A DNA stretch of 44,896 nucleotides from Pseudomonadota bacterium (GTDB lineage Bacteria > Bdellovibrionota_B > Oligoflexia > Oligoflexales > CAIMVM01): assembly GCA_037142195.1 (NCBI GenBank), contig JBAXBA010000025.1, forward strand, positions 1 to 44,896, written 5' to 3'. This document shows, piece by piece, positions 8,500 to 18,116 of this stretch (position 1 is the stretch's first letter; the number at the start of each line of letters is the position of its first letter). The position numbers and the translations under genes were made by a program. The notes under the pieces are model-generated. The model made no database searches. It saw only the letters and a program-made list of their open reading frames with translations, and was not told where the DNA came from.

Positions 8500-10653
8500 C
8501 TAGGGCTGGGGTGCTATCTTAATCCAAGTGACACTTCTTTTGTCTATAACAATAGGTTTCGGCGAGATGATGTCAACTTCCCTATGGATTAAATTCAGAT
8601 CTGAATTTAATTGGAAAGAAACCGAATCGCTGGGCTTCAAATCAGAAAGAGAAACCAGTACTTCACTATTTGAGAAGTTCACTAATCCATAAAATCTCTC
8701 TTTTTGAAAATGCATCGGATATATATGAAGATTTTCATGATGAGATCTTATGTTTGACTTTAATAGCCCAGAATTCGTGATCCAGTCGACAAATGCATTG
8801 TCGATAGCTGGGCAAAAAGCAAAGTGAATATGTTGCCCTTCACCAAATTTTCTTTTGAGGATCGCAGGCGAACCTTCGTAAATTCCAGCGCTAAAAACGC
8901 CTAAAATATCAAATATTGAAGATGTCAGCTTAATTTTTTCAGCCCATCGATAGCCATGAAGAGTTCCTTCTTCAGCGCCCCTATGAACGGCAAGTGTAGA
9001 CTCTGATTTTAAGGTTTTAATGGATTCACTTTCTTCAGGACCTAGAGCTCCAAAATCTTCAAAATAGAGTCCTTCGCCATCAAGTATCGACAAAGGAATA
9101 GGGCTCATATGATTGTTTTCTTGTTTCATGGATGTGCGAGGGAAGGTCCAAATGCTCCCCCCGTTTTTGACGTAGGCACAAATTCTTTGCTGCTCATCAG
9201 CAGTTAACTCAAAGGCATATCCAGGAAGAATCAAAATTTTACAAGAAGTCAAGTCTTCAGGTATATTTTGAACATACTTAAACCCAATACCCGTCTGAGA
9301 AAATAGTTTAGAAAGGTCGTCTAGCTGTAAGACTGCATCATAGTTCGTCGATTGCGAACAAACTCGGTGGCTCCAGAGGCTTTTAGTATTATGGACTATA
9401 AAAACATCAGAGTCGCGAGTAGCTAATGTGTCCCATCCAAATTGGGTGCTTAGCTTTAAAAACATAGCATGGCTTGCCCTCATGACTTTTTCTTGTGGGG
9501 AGGCCGGATTTCTTAGGTCGTGGGAGAGTAAGCCGTCGTGATATTGCTCGGCTCCGCCATAAAATTTTTGAAAGGAAAAATAATCCATAGAGCTAGCGCC
9601 CAGCATGGACGATTGTCCTGCCCAAAGAAGAAGCCAATCCCAATCAAAGCGTCGATTGATCGATTGCCAATTTACTTGAACCGGCTGCTGTTCCAAAATC
9701 TTAAAAGTCTTTCCCTTTTTTTGTCCCAAGCCGTGCATCAAGGAAAAATTAACTAGAGATCGCGTCGGGTTTGGAAGTGGATCGTCTTGATAGTGATCGA
9801 AGCCTACAATGTCTAGATCCTCTGTCATTTCCCAAGGGCATAATTCATAGAAATTAGATATGAGGTTGTGAGTCACATAACGGCCAGGCGAATTTCTTTT
9901 AACAATATCTGACTGCGACTTTTGAAATTTCTTAAAGACTGAGGTGCAGAATTCCCGAAAGTCCATTTGGAGATGCGGGTTAATGTCGGCCCATGTGTCT
10001 AAAGGGAGTTCAATTTCCTCGAAGGTTTGGTAGGACTGGGACCAAAAACATGTGAACCAATTTTGATTTAGGGACTCAATTCTTTGATACTTTTTTTGAA
10101 GAAATTCTAGGAACGCTTTTTTTGCATAAGTTGTATAAATACTAGAGGAGCCATGATGTCCAAGTTCATTGTCTATCTGCCAGCCGACAACTGCGGGATG
10201 GGATCCCCAATTTTTCGAGAAAAAATGAGTAATCCTCTCGGCGTGCTCTATAAAGTTGGGATGAAGCGGATCGTAATGTCTTCTTGAACCCCAGTTGACT
10301 TTGCGCCCGTCGCTGCGAAGAGGAAGGATGTCTGGATAGAGGTCAAACAACCACTTAGGCGGAGTTGCAGTCGGAGTGCACATGATGACTTCAATGGAGC
10401 CCTTTTCTGCAAAATCGAGACATAGGTCGATGGTTTCGGTCTCAAATTTTCCGTAGCTGGGCTCAATGGTTGCCCACGAAAACTCACCTATTCTTATTTC
10501 GTCTATTTGGGATTGCTTCATCTTTTCAAAATCGTAGGCCATTCGCTCTTTTAAGCTGGCGCGAACTTGACGATTGCCTTTAAGCATCCAAGGCTGGCTA
10601 GAAACATAGTCAGGGTAATAGGCAACACCAAATTTATAAATTTTTTTGTTCAT
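8500..10653 (-). CDS. Beta-galactosidase, GH42
   Basis: GVAYYPD, RIGEFSW, CTPTATPP, WQIDNE (acid/base), LEQQP (nucleophile), GAEQYH. Confidence 0.92.
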   Translation of the reverse strand: MNKKIYKFGVAYYPDYVSSQPWMLKGNRQVRASLKERMAYDFEKMKQSQIDEIRIGEFSWATIEPSYGKFETETIDLCLDFAEKGSIEVIMCTPTATPPKWLFDLYPDILPLRSDGRKVNWGSRRHYDPLHPNFIEHAERITHFFSKNWGSHPAVVGWQIDNELGHHGSSSIYTTYAKKAFLEFLQKKYQRIESLNQNWFTCFWSQSYQTFEEIELPLDTWADINPHLQMDFREFCTSVFKKFQKSQSDIVKRNSPGRYVTHNLISNFYELCPWEMTEDLDIVGFDHYQDDPLPNPTRSLVNFSLMHGLGQKKGKTFKILEQQPVQVNWQSINRRFDWDWLLLWAGQSSMLGASSMDYFSFQKFYGGAEQYHDGLLSHDLRNPASPQEKVMRASHAMFLKLSTQFGWDTLATRDSDVFIVHNTKSLWSHRVCSQSTNYDAVLQLDDLSKLFSQTGIGFKYVQNIPEDLTSCKILILPGYAFELTADEQQRICAYVKNGGSIWTFPRTSMKQENNHMSPIPLSILDGEGLYFEDFGALGPEESESIKTLKSESTLAVHRGAEEGTLHGYRWAEKIKLTSSIFDILGVFSAGIYEGSPAILKRKFGEGQHIHFAFCPAIDNAFVDWITNSGLLKSNIRSHHENLHIYPMHFQKERFYGLVNFSNSEVLVSLSDLKPSDSVSFQLNSDLNLIHREVDIISPKPIVIDKRSVTWIKIAPQP

Positions 10654-11969
10654 GTTAGAATCTCTATTTCAATGCCAGAGCTGGGTGGTGTTCCAAGGAT
10701 AACGGGAATTCTTTTGGTTTTAATTGAGTACGGATTTTCAGGCGAGGTAAATGCGGCAACAAGACTAGGTACAATTTTGTGATGGACAAACTGCACGGTG
10801 GACCCGCCAAATCCCCCTCCCGTCATTCGGGAGCCAAGAAGTCCGGGAATCTCTAAATTCATTCTTTTTGCCATGGAACCCACTTCCATGGCAACGGTCC
10901 GTCTCAATAAATCTAACTCGACGCAACTGACGTCATAGTCCTTTGCTAAGCTGTCATGGCTTTCATTGATAGCAAGGGTTAATGCAGCTAGATCGCCATT
11001 TATCAGCGCCTTGGCGGCACGATCGACCCTATTGTTTTCACAAATGGCATGGGCAATTTTGGGGGCGTCGGTAGGAGAAAAATCAACTTTTTTAATGAGC
11101 CAATCTTTAAGCATTTGCTGACTTCCAAAGTTTCCTACTTGTTGCCAAAGAAGGTCTTCGTCTGCAAATTCGCTTAATCCTACTTTTTTAAGCCCAAAAA
11201 ACTGATTTAGTTTTACGAGGCCATTTGTACAGGTTGCGCGGCGTTGATTGTAAGGAGAATCTGACAATTTATGCTTGACCATAGTGTTGATAGTAAGAAT
11301 TTCATATTGAGCGAATATAGGATGAGCCTCAATAAATGATATTTTAGGGGCGCCGCCGCGATAGAAAGGCGAGAAATCAATTTCAGTGAATTGATTTCGC
11401 TTTGACATAGTGACTGCTATTTGATCCATTAATCCGCAATTTGTCTTTGCAAAGCGATGTTCGATCAACATGCCATCAGTAGCAAGCTCTATGGGGTCGC
11501 GAGTAATTCCCTGTAACCGAGCTAGCGCAGCTAACATTCCACAGCTTAATGCTGCCGAGGAACTTATGCCAGCACCCGACGGTAAACTGCTATCAACAGT
11601 GATTCTAACGTGAATAGGTGTGGGTGTCTTGAAATACTGTTTAAAGTGCATATGCAATGCCCCAATTATGTAGGCCTGCCAAGTTTCTGCTTTAAAGCCT
11701 AAATCTTCTGAAAAATCATTTTGGGATGCATCCCTATTTAGAAATTCAGCAATTTGATTGCCACTCCAAAAAAATTTGGATTGACCTTTCATAGTGGTTT
11801 CGAATTCAAATTTAAGGTCTTTAACAAATCCTAAGGTTTGATCGATGATTTTTACAGTAATATAAATATGTTGATCAATAGCGAAAGGTAAAACTTTTCC
11901 AGCATTATAGTCGGTATGCTCGCCGATTAAGTTGACTCGGCCTGGGGCCTTAACGATAAATCCATTCAT
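10650..11969 (-). CDS. galK: Galactokinase
   Basis: APGRVNLIGEHTDYN, PSGAGISSSAA, GSRMTGGGFGG. Confidence 0.95.
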   Translation of the reverse strand: MNGFIVKAPGRVNLIGEHTDYNAGKVLPFAIDQHIYITVKIIDQTLGFVKDLKFEFETTMKGQSKFFWSGNQIAEFLNRDASQNDFSEDLGFKAETWQAYIIGALHMHFKQYFKTPTPIHVRITVDSSLPSGAGISSSAALSCGMLAALARLQGITRDPIELATDGMLIEHRFAKTNCGLMDQIAVTMSKRNQFTEIDFSPFYRGGAPKISFIEAHPIFAQYEILTINTMVKHKLSDSPYNQRRATCTNGLVKLNQFFGLKKVGLSEFADEDLLWQQVGNFGSQQMLKDWLIKKVDFSPTDAPKIAHAICENNRVDRAAKALINGDLAALTLAINESHDSLAKDYDVSCVELDLLRRTVAMEVGSMAKRMNLEIPGLLGSRMTGGGFGGSTVQFVHHKIVPSLVAAFTSPENPYSIKTKRIPVILGTPPSSGIEIEILT

Positions 11970-11973
11970 AAAT

Positions 11974-13056
11974 TTACTTCCATTCTAAATTTCTAAGTTC
12001 GGCCGCTTTCTCTTCGGGGATCGTATCATTGATAAAGAGTCCGGTGCCGCTTTCGACTCCTGCTAAATATTTCAATTTATCTTTCATACGATAAGGTGGG
12101 TAAAACTCAATATGCCAATGGTAGTAGTCACATTTTGCTAAAGAATGGGGAGCTTGGTGATGAACCATGAGATACGGAAAACGAATATTTAAGAGCTTGT
12201 CGTATTTGGTGAGCACAGCCTTAATGGCTTCAGCGAGATCATGGGCCTCGAGGTCATTTAAATCTTCAATGAGAGCTCGATGTTCTTTGGAAGCAATATG
12301 AACTTCGTAGGGGTATCTTGCAGCTTCTGGAATCCACGCAATCATGGAAGCATTTTCAAATACGATGCGTCTTTTGTCGCTTTTCTCGTTCTCTATTTCA
12401 TCGCACTGCAGACAAGTCTTGTTTTTGTCGTAAAATTCTTTTGAAGCCTTAAGTTCCGCTGCAATAAAGGGCGGAATATGATTAAACGCATAGAGCTGAC
12501 CATGGGGGTGATGGAGGGTGACGCCAACTTCTTTGCCCTTATTTTCAAATATAAATACCTGCTCAATACCAGGCATTGCGCCCACGGTCTTGGAGCGGTC
12601 CCTCCAAATATGGACCAGTCCCTCGATTTGTGTAAGAGAGCTTCCCGCCAAAGTATCTTGGTGTTCAGGTGAGTAGAGAATCACCTCAGCAAATCCCGTT
12701 TTTTCCCCCATGGCTACACCAGGGAACATGTTTTCAAAAACAGCCCATTCATATGGTGCACTCGCAATGGGAACATCCGTTTTTATCTGAACTCCATTGG
12801 GGTCGACGCCAAAAGTGGTAACAGGGCATAGGGGGCAATATTCTTTAGGGGGAAGGAATGGCCGCGCGTTTCTAGATGGTGAAATGGCTACCCATTCCCC
12901 GCGCATTCTATGAAACCTGAGAGTTGGTGGAGACCAGTCGGCAGGTCTAACTAGCCCTTCATCTTTAATTTTAAACTCATCTGGAAAAGGATGGAGGGAA
13001 TACTGAACCCACTCACGACCATCAGATTTTTTAAACACATATTTGAATAAGTTCAT
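11974..13056 (-). CDS. galT: Galactose-1-phosphate uridylyltransferase
   Basis: CPLCP, FENKG...TLHHPHGQ active site, KYLAGVE; start may be 13056 (ATG) or 13098. Confidence 0.95.
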   Translation of the reverse strand: MNLFKYVFKKSDGREWVQYSLHPFPDEFKIKDEGLVRPADWSPPTLRFHRMRGEWVAISPSRNARPFLPPKEYCPLCPVTTFGVDPNGVQIKTDVPIASAPYEWAVFENMFPGVAMGEKTGFAEVILYSPEHQDTLAGSSLTQIEGLVHIWRDRSKTVGAMPGIEQVFIFENKGKEVGVTLHHPHGQLYAFNHIPPFIAAELKASKEFYDKNKTCLQCDEIENEKSDKRRIVFENASMIAWIPEAARYPYEVHIASKEHRALIEDLNDLEAHDLAEAIKAVLTKYDKLLNIRFPYLMVHHQAPHSLAKCDYYHWHIEFYPPYRMKDKLKYLAGVESGTGLFINDTIPEEKAAELRNLEWK

Positions 13057-13130
13057 AATTTTGCCGTTAACAGTTGTAAAAATAAGGGTTACTCTCAATG
13101 ATAGGAGATTATAGCAGGTAGGAGCTGGGC

Positions 13131-14909
13131 GTGAAAGAATTGTTAATACATCTTGGTGGCTTAACCTGGGCCTATTCAGAGGAGCTTGGCGGATTCTACT
13201 GCGATCAAGCCAAAGGATTAAGAATTGAGCAAAGAGTGAAGTCCCTTCCTCAAGAATATAGTGTTTTTGAGTTTTGGATGGTTAACGATAAGGCAGATAA
13301 GCTCGGGCCATTCCCTCTTAAGTCGGGGAGCGAAAAGTGGATCTCTCTAAAAGGATTTCGATTTTCAAAGCCTTCTTCTGCTTTTTTGGCAAACGGCTAT
13401 CAATGTTGGACAGAGTCCTCTTTCATTACAAAAAAAACGATACTGAAGAAAGAGTCCCATGATCCTCAGAGGTACTTTGGCGATGACCAGATTTGGACTT
13501 ATGACGAAACTCCAGGCCAAGGACATTCCTGGTCCTTCACGATACTGGTGGCAGGAAGCCCTGAAAGCCCTTCAAATTTTTTCTATGGCGCCTTAACCGA
13601 AGATTTAGGTTTTGGTTTATTTCATGTCCATCTTCGGGAGCAATCTCTAGATTTCTTGATCGATGTCGAAGGAGGTGATTTTTCCCGACTCCATAAAGAG
13701 CTTTTAACCTCTCATCAATCCCTTCTCACTGCTTTGATTCTTCCGAATCCTGATTCCTGTGGGCATGTGCCTCTTCACGAGATTTCTGCCATTTGGCAAG
13801 ACAAAATGAGGTCCTATGAAACACTACCGAGACTCCCCAATAGTAGAATGAATTTAATTCCTCCGGTGACCGGATACACTTCTTGGTACAATCGTTTTAC
13901 CGAAATTGACGAACCATGGCTTTTAAAGCACACAGAAACGGTTGCTTCCAGAACCAAGTGGAAGGTTTTCCAAATTGATGATGGGTATCAAGCGAAAATT
14001 GGGGATTGGCTTGAACCAGGTAAAGGCTTTCCCAATGGTATCGATGAGGTACTTCGTTCCGCAAGCGAACGTGGACTCATCCCGGGGGTATGGCTTGCGC
14101 CATTTGTAGCAATCTGGAACAGTAATCTTGTTAAGAATCATCCAGATTGGCTCGCCCTAGATGAAGGCAAGGAGATTGTAGCTGGAGATTTTGCACATTG
14201 GGGAGGCAAGTTTTTTGTATTGGATCATGAAAACCCTGCCTACCAATCCTATATGGCAAGTGTTCTTGAACATTTTGCATCCCTAGGCGTTAAGTTTATT
14301 AAAGCTGATTTTCTTTATGCGGCCGCAATAAGGCCTAGGCGAGGTAAAACACGTGCTCAATTGAGTTGCGAGGCTCATCAGTGGTTTTACGACCTTTGTT
14401 CTAAAAACAATATGATGTTTTTATCTTGCGGGGCTCCCTTATCCTCAGCATATGGGCGCTGTGACTTTTCTAGGATCGGTCCGGATATTTCTTTGGATTG
14501 GAATTTTTTGCCTCTACTTGGAACCTCAAGTCGGGAAAAGCCTAGTGTTAAATCCTCACTCATTAATACAGTGACTCGCGCCATTTTAAACGGCAATGCA
14601 TTTTGGAACGATCCAGATGTGGTCATTCTAAGAACAGAAAATACCAGTCTCACTCATGCTGAAAAGAATGCACTGGTTCATATCAATCGCGCTTTTGGCG
14701 GGCTTCTTTTTTCATCCGATAGCCCAGAGAACTACGGCGAGCCCGAAAAGCAACTTTTGAAGACCATGGAAGATGGGATGTGTTTAGAGCAAATACGATC
14801 TTTTTCACTTTTGGATGACTCAAGATTCTACGTGCAAATACAGACCCAAAGTGGGACTTGGAGAATAGATCTGGGAGAGTCCGGCGAATTTGAATTTACA
14901 AAAGCTTAA
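13131..14909 (+). CDS. Alpha-galactosidase, GH36-like
   Basis: TGYTSWY, FQIDDGYQ, PGVWLAPF, FIKADFL, SRIGPD, NDPDV. Confidence 0.88.
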   Translation: MKELLIHLGGLTWAYSEELGGFYCDQAKGLRIEQRVKSLPQEYSVFEFWMVNDKADKLGPFPLKSGSEKWISLKGFRFSKPSSAFLANGYQCWTESSFITKKTILKKESHDPQRYFGDDQIWTYDETPGQGHSWSFTILVAGSPESPSNFFYGALTEDLGFGLFHVHLREQSLDFLIDVEGGDFSRLHKELLTSHQSLLTALILPNPDSCGHVPLHEISAIWQDKMRSYETLPRLPNSRMNLIPPVTGYTSWYNRFTEIDEPWLLKHTETVASRTKWKVFQIDDGYQAKIGDWLEPGKGFPNGIDEVLRSASERGLIPGVWLAPFVAIWNSNLVKNHPDWLALDEGKEIVAGDFAHWGGKFFVLDHENPAYQSYMASVLEHFASLGVKFIKADFLYAAAIRPRRGKTRAQLSCEAHQWFYDLCSKNNMMFLSCGAPLSSAYGRCDFSRIGPDISLDWNFLPLLGTSSREKPSVKSSLINTVTRAILNGNAFWNDPDVVILRTENTSLTHAEKNALVHINRAFGGLLFSSDSPENYGEPEKQLLKTMEDGMCLEQIRSFSLLDDSRFYVQIQTQSGTWRIDLGESGEFEFTKA

Positions 14910-15434
14910 GATGGTATAGCTGGTCCTAACCTGCGAATGCTTTCCATCCGAACGAGGATCAGTCCTGCTTATCGGAGGAAGCAAGTCCTCATTATTGTTT
15001 TCTAAGTTTTTGCCGAGAATTATGGTGAGTGCTCGCTTGCGCATGTTTGAGGCAGCGGTACTCATTACGAATAAGACTTTCCAGACAAAAAATCACCTTT
15101 CGCAGGCGAAGCCTTGCCTTGCAGACCTGGCTGACGCCCAAGGAAAGCTCAAGAAGAACATTCCTAGACTAGAAAGAGTCCTATGTGACTCTTCGATTTC
15201 ACGTTTTGATTTTTAGGAAAGAGGCGATAGACGGGCACCCTTTTTAGCTAAATTTCTGACGGTTTCTTTGGGTTTTTCAAAGATTGAACATTAACTGCTT
15301 GTATTTCCTTTGCTTACGACTGCTTTCCTATTTCTCCTCCTGAGAGAGTCTCTGAGGCCACTAAATGAGGACTGCATGGAAATATGGGGGAGGGGGGCAG
15401 ACTTTGCTGGCATCACATATGAAATGGCGCGTTT

Positions 15435-15463
15435 TTGACCTGGGTTTTCAGTCACGGTATAAT
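15435..15463 (+). promoter_or_regulatory. Near-consensus sigma70 promoter
   Basis: TTGACC (15435-15440), 17 nt, TATAAT (15458-15463), upstream of GGGGAG SD and ATG 15507. Confidence 0.75.
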
Positions 15464-15506
15464 GGACTTAACCTAATATTTACATTTCTTGAAGTGGGGA
15501 GCACCG

Positions 15507-16355
15507 ATGACGAAGTTCTTAGGCTTTCTTTTTGGCATCATGTTTGTGTGGAGTTGCGGCTCGCATGACGGGGGCGGGACATCAGTATTCAAAGCTGCGC
15601 GAGACATTGGCTATTTGACGGTTAAAGAACCCATAACAATGTATTTTACTTATCCTTCTCCGGAAAAACCCCAGCCGATAAAGACTTGCACAATCCCCAA
15701 GGGCGTCTTCGGATTGGGATATAAGTCTTGGAAAGTCGAGGGCTACTACCTTGTGAGATTTAGTGGCGAAGTTGGCGACTGCGGCTCTCAGACCTCTGGC
15801 TTTGTATCTGATTCCTCCCAAATCTCTCACCCAGAAAACCTTTTTGTGCCTGGAACGACCGATGAATCCCTTGAACCAAGGGGAGAGCATCAAGCTGGTG
15901 TAACAACTAGGTCCGTAGCATTTTTTAAAGAAAGAGAAAACTACGACAAAGTTAAGGCCCGAGTGGTCAACTGGTTTGGTGGAACGGTCAATGGCTGTGT
16001 ACTTTTTGCCACGAATTCACTCCGACTCAGCGGCACAAATATCCCGGTAACGAGACAAATTGGTGGCGATTTAGTTACTTTGACGACGAAGCCTTTTGTT
16101 CGACATATGCTTGAAAATCTAAAATGGAAAAAAATTGTAGACCTAGATTCGATGCAGCCTGGTGACATTGGTGTGACCGAAGATAAAGCTGGGTACCCCA
16201 CTTATCCAAGTCATGTGTTTACCTTTATGGGGTGGAAAAACAAATCTCAGCGTCTTGCATTCGTGAATGACAATCAAGGATTTATGCTCGAAAGACTTAT
16301 TGATGGTGGTGCCGGGGAAGATCGAACCCAGTTTGCGGTTAGGCCTCCCCTATAA
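15507..16355 (+). CDS. Lipoprotein with putative papain-fold (NlpC/P60/CHAP-like) Cys-His hydrolase domain
   Basis: Lipobox VWS-C; NGCVLF, QPGDI, PSHVF, DNQG motif order. Confidence 0.6.
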   Translation: MTKFLGFLFGIMFVWSCGSHDGGGTSVFKAARDIGYLTVKEPITMYFTYPSPEKPQPIKTCTIPKGVFGLGYKSWKVEGYYLVRFSGEVGDCGSQTSGFVSDSSQISHPENLFVPGTTDESLEPRGEHQAGVTTRSVAFFKERENYDKVKARVVNWFGGTVNGCVLFATNSLRLSGTNIPVTRQIGGDLVTLTTKPFVRHMLENLKWKKIVDLDSMQPGDIGVTEDKAGYPTYPSHVFTFMGWKNKSQRLAFVNDNQGFMLERLIDGGAGEDRTQFAVRPPL

Positions 16356-16365
16356 AACTAAAAAG

Positions 16366-17193
16366 TTACTTCCCAGAGCCCATAGTGAGTCCTTTTACAA
16401 AATGCCGCTGAAGAAAAGCAAAAATCAAAACAGGGGGGATGGCTGCGATGATCGCCCCTGCGCTTTGAAGATTATAGCTGGATACCCATTGGCCCTTTAG
16501 ATTTTCGAGAGCTGTTGTTACAGGCTTCAGTTCGTCTGATTGGATTAATATGAGTGCCCACAAATAATCATTCCAGATCCAGGTAAATAAGAGTGTCGAC
16601 AAGGCAGCTATTGCTGGCTTCATCAACGGAAGCACAACACTAAAGAATATCTTAAGGTTGGAACATCCATCCATCCTGGCGGCTTCAATGATGCTGTCGG
16701 GAATGGATTTCATGAAATTGCGCATGAAAAAGGATGCAAATCCTAACTGAAAGGCTATATGAAAAAGAATCACTCCAAGATAGGAATCATAGGTTCCCAG
16801 AATATTGCTGGAAAGATAAAAAACGGGTATCAGAAGAATTTGAAAGGGAAGAAGCATGCCAGCCAGAAACAGCAGCGTGATTTTTTCTCTGCCTTTAAAC
16901 CTCAGTTTTGACAAAACAAAACCATTTAATGATGACAATATAATGATGCCGACTAATGACGGAATTGTATAGATAAACGAATTGATAAAATAATGGGAAA
17001 AACCACCATTAACAAAAGCCTCAATGTAGTTGTCTAGATTCCAATGCTTGGGGAAAGTCCAATAAAGTCCTTGATTCAATTCTTCTAAAGTCTTAAGGCT
17101 CGTTAAAAGTGTAGCCAGTATGGGGCTGATCCAAACAAGAACCAGAATGAGTGCAAACAGCCAAAATAGCCAGGAAGGTCGTCTTGGTTCCAT
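16366..17193 (-). CDS. Carbohydrate ABC transporter permease (MalG-like)
   Basis: EAARMDG EAA motif, WNDYLW, GLTMGSGK C-terminus. Confidence 0.93.
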   Translation of the reverse strand: MEPRRPSWLFWLFALILVLVWISPILATLLTSLKTLEELNQGLYWTFPKHWNLDNYIEAFVNGGFSHYFINSFIYTIPSLVGIIILSSLNGFVLSKLRFKGREKITLLFLAGMLLPFQILLIPVFYLSSNILGTYDSYLGVILFHIAFQLGFASFFMRNFMKSIPDSIIEAARMDGCSNLKIFFSVVLPLMKPAIAALSTLLFTWIWNDYLWALILIQSDELKPVTTALENLKGQWVSSYNLQSAGAIIAAIPPVLIFAFLQRHFVKGLTMGSGK

Positions 17194-18098
17194 TAAGCTT
17201 CTTCCTTCTTAATTTGGCGGAGATAGGCCACGATAAGCCCTACGCTAATCATAAACAAGACAACGGCAATGGAAGCACCGTATCCATAGCGAAAGTTGAT
17301 GAAAGTCTCTTGGTACATATAAAGCGCTAAGGTATTTGTGGAATTGGCAGGGCCGCCATTTGTCATAATGGCTACGATATCAAAAGCTCGAAGCGCACCA
17401 ATCATAGTCACTATGACGACAATAATCGTGGCAGGCTTTAACATGGGCAGTATCACATGCCAAAGCAACTGCCACCGATTGGCGCCATCGATTAAGGCGG
17501 CTTCAAAGACATTTTTAGGAAGATTGGAAAGACCCGCTAAGTAGAGAATCATGCAGTAAGCAGAGTGAGGCCAAATAGCCGCAACTATAACACCAGCATT
17601 GGGAGCAAGCCCCAATTTTGTCATCAAGCCAAATTCTTGGTCAGGAGGAAGCACCTTTAAGAAGTGTAAAACGGTATCCACGAGACCAAACCCAGGCTGC
17701 AAAAACCAGCTCCATATCATTCCGACAACAATCAGTGAGAATACCATGGGCATAAATAAGAGAGTTTTCAATGGAGAGGCAAAGGTCGACTTAACATGGA
17801 AAAAAAGAGCTAAAAATAGTCCAAATAGGGGTGAAATTCCAAAAAAAACTAACCATAAAAGATTATTAGTAAAGCTTTTCCAAAAAAGCCCCGCTTCAAA
17901 GAGCTCTTTGAAGTTGCTCAAACATGATGTTTCAGGGTCTGTGATACACATGGGAAGGGGGAAACTACTGATCCCATCCCACGCCGTCACAGACAAATAG
18001 AATGTGAACACAATGGGGAAAAGCACGTAGAGTCCGTAGAGGACAAGAGAGGGTGCCAAAAATACCCAAGCCGATTTGGAATCATCAAAGAGCTTCAT
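17193..18098 (-). CDS. Carbohydrate ABC transporter permease (MalF-like)
   Basis: EAALIDGA motif, MTNGGPANST, six or more TM segments. Confidence 0.93.
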   Translation of the reverse strand: MKLFDDSKSAWVFLAPSLVLYGLYVLFPIVFTFYLSVTAWDGISSFPLPMCITDPETSCLSNFKELFEAGLFWKSFTNNLLWLVFFGISPLFGLFLALFFHVKSTFASPLKTLLFMPMVFSLIVVGMIWSWFLQPGFGLVDTVLHFLKVLPPDQEFGLMTKLGLAPNAGVIVAAIWPHSAYCMILYLAGLSNLPKNVFEAALIDGANRWQLLWHVILPMLKPATIIVVIVTMIGALRAFDIVAIMTNGGPANSTNTLALYMYQETFINFRYGYGASIAVVLFMISVGLIVAYLRQIKKEEA

Positions 18099-18116
18099 AC
18101 TATTCCACCATAAGCA

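Noticed and set aside
14820..15216. 81-aa minus and 73-aa plus ORFs
   Set aside because: They overlap each other or GH36 and have no SD or motifs
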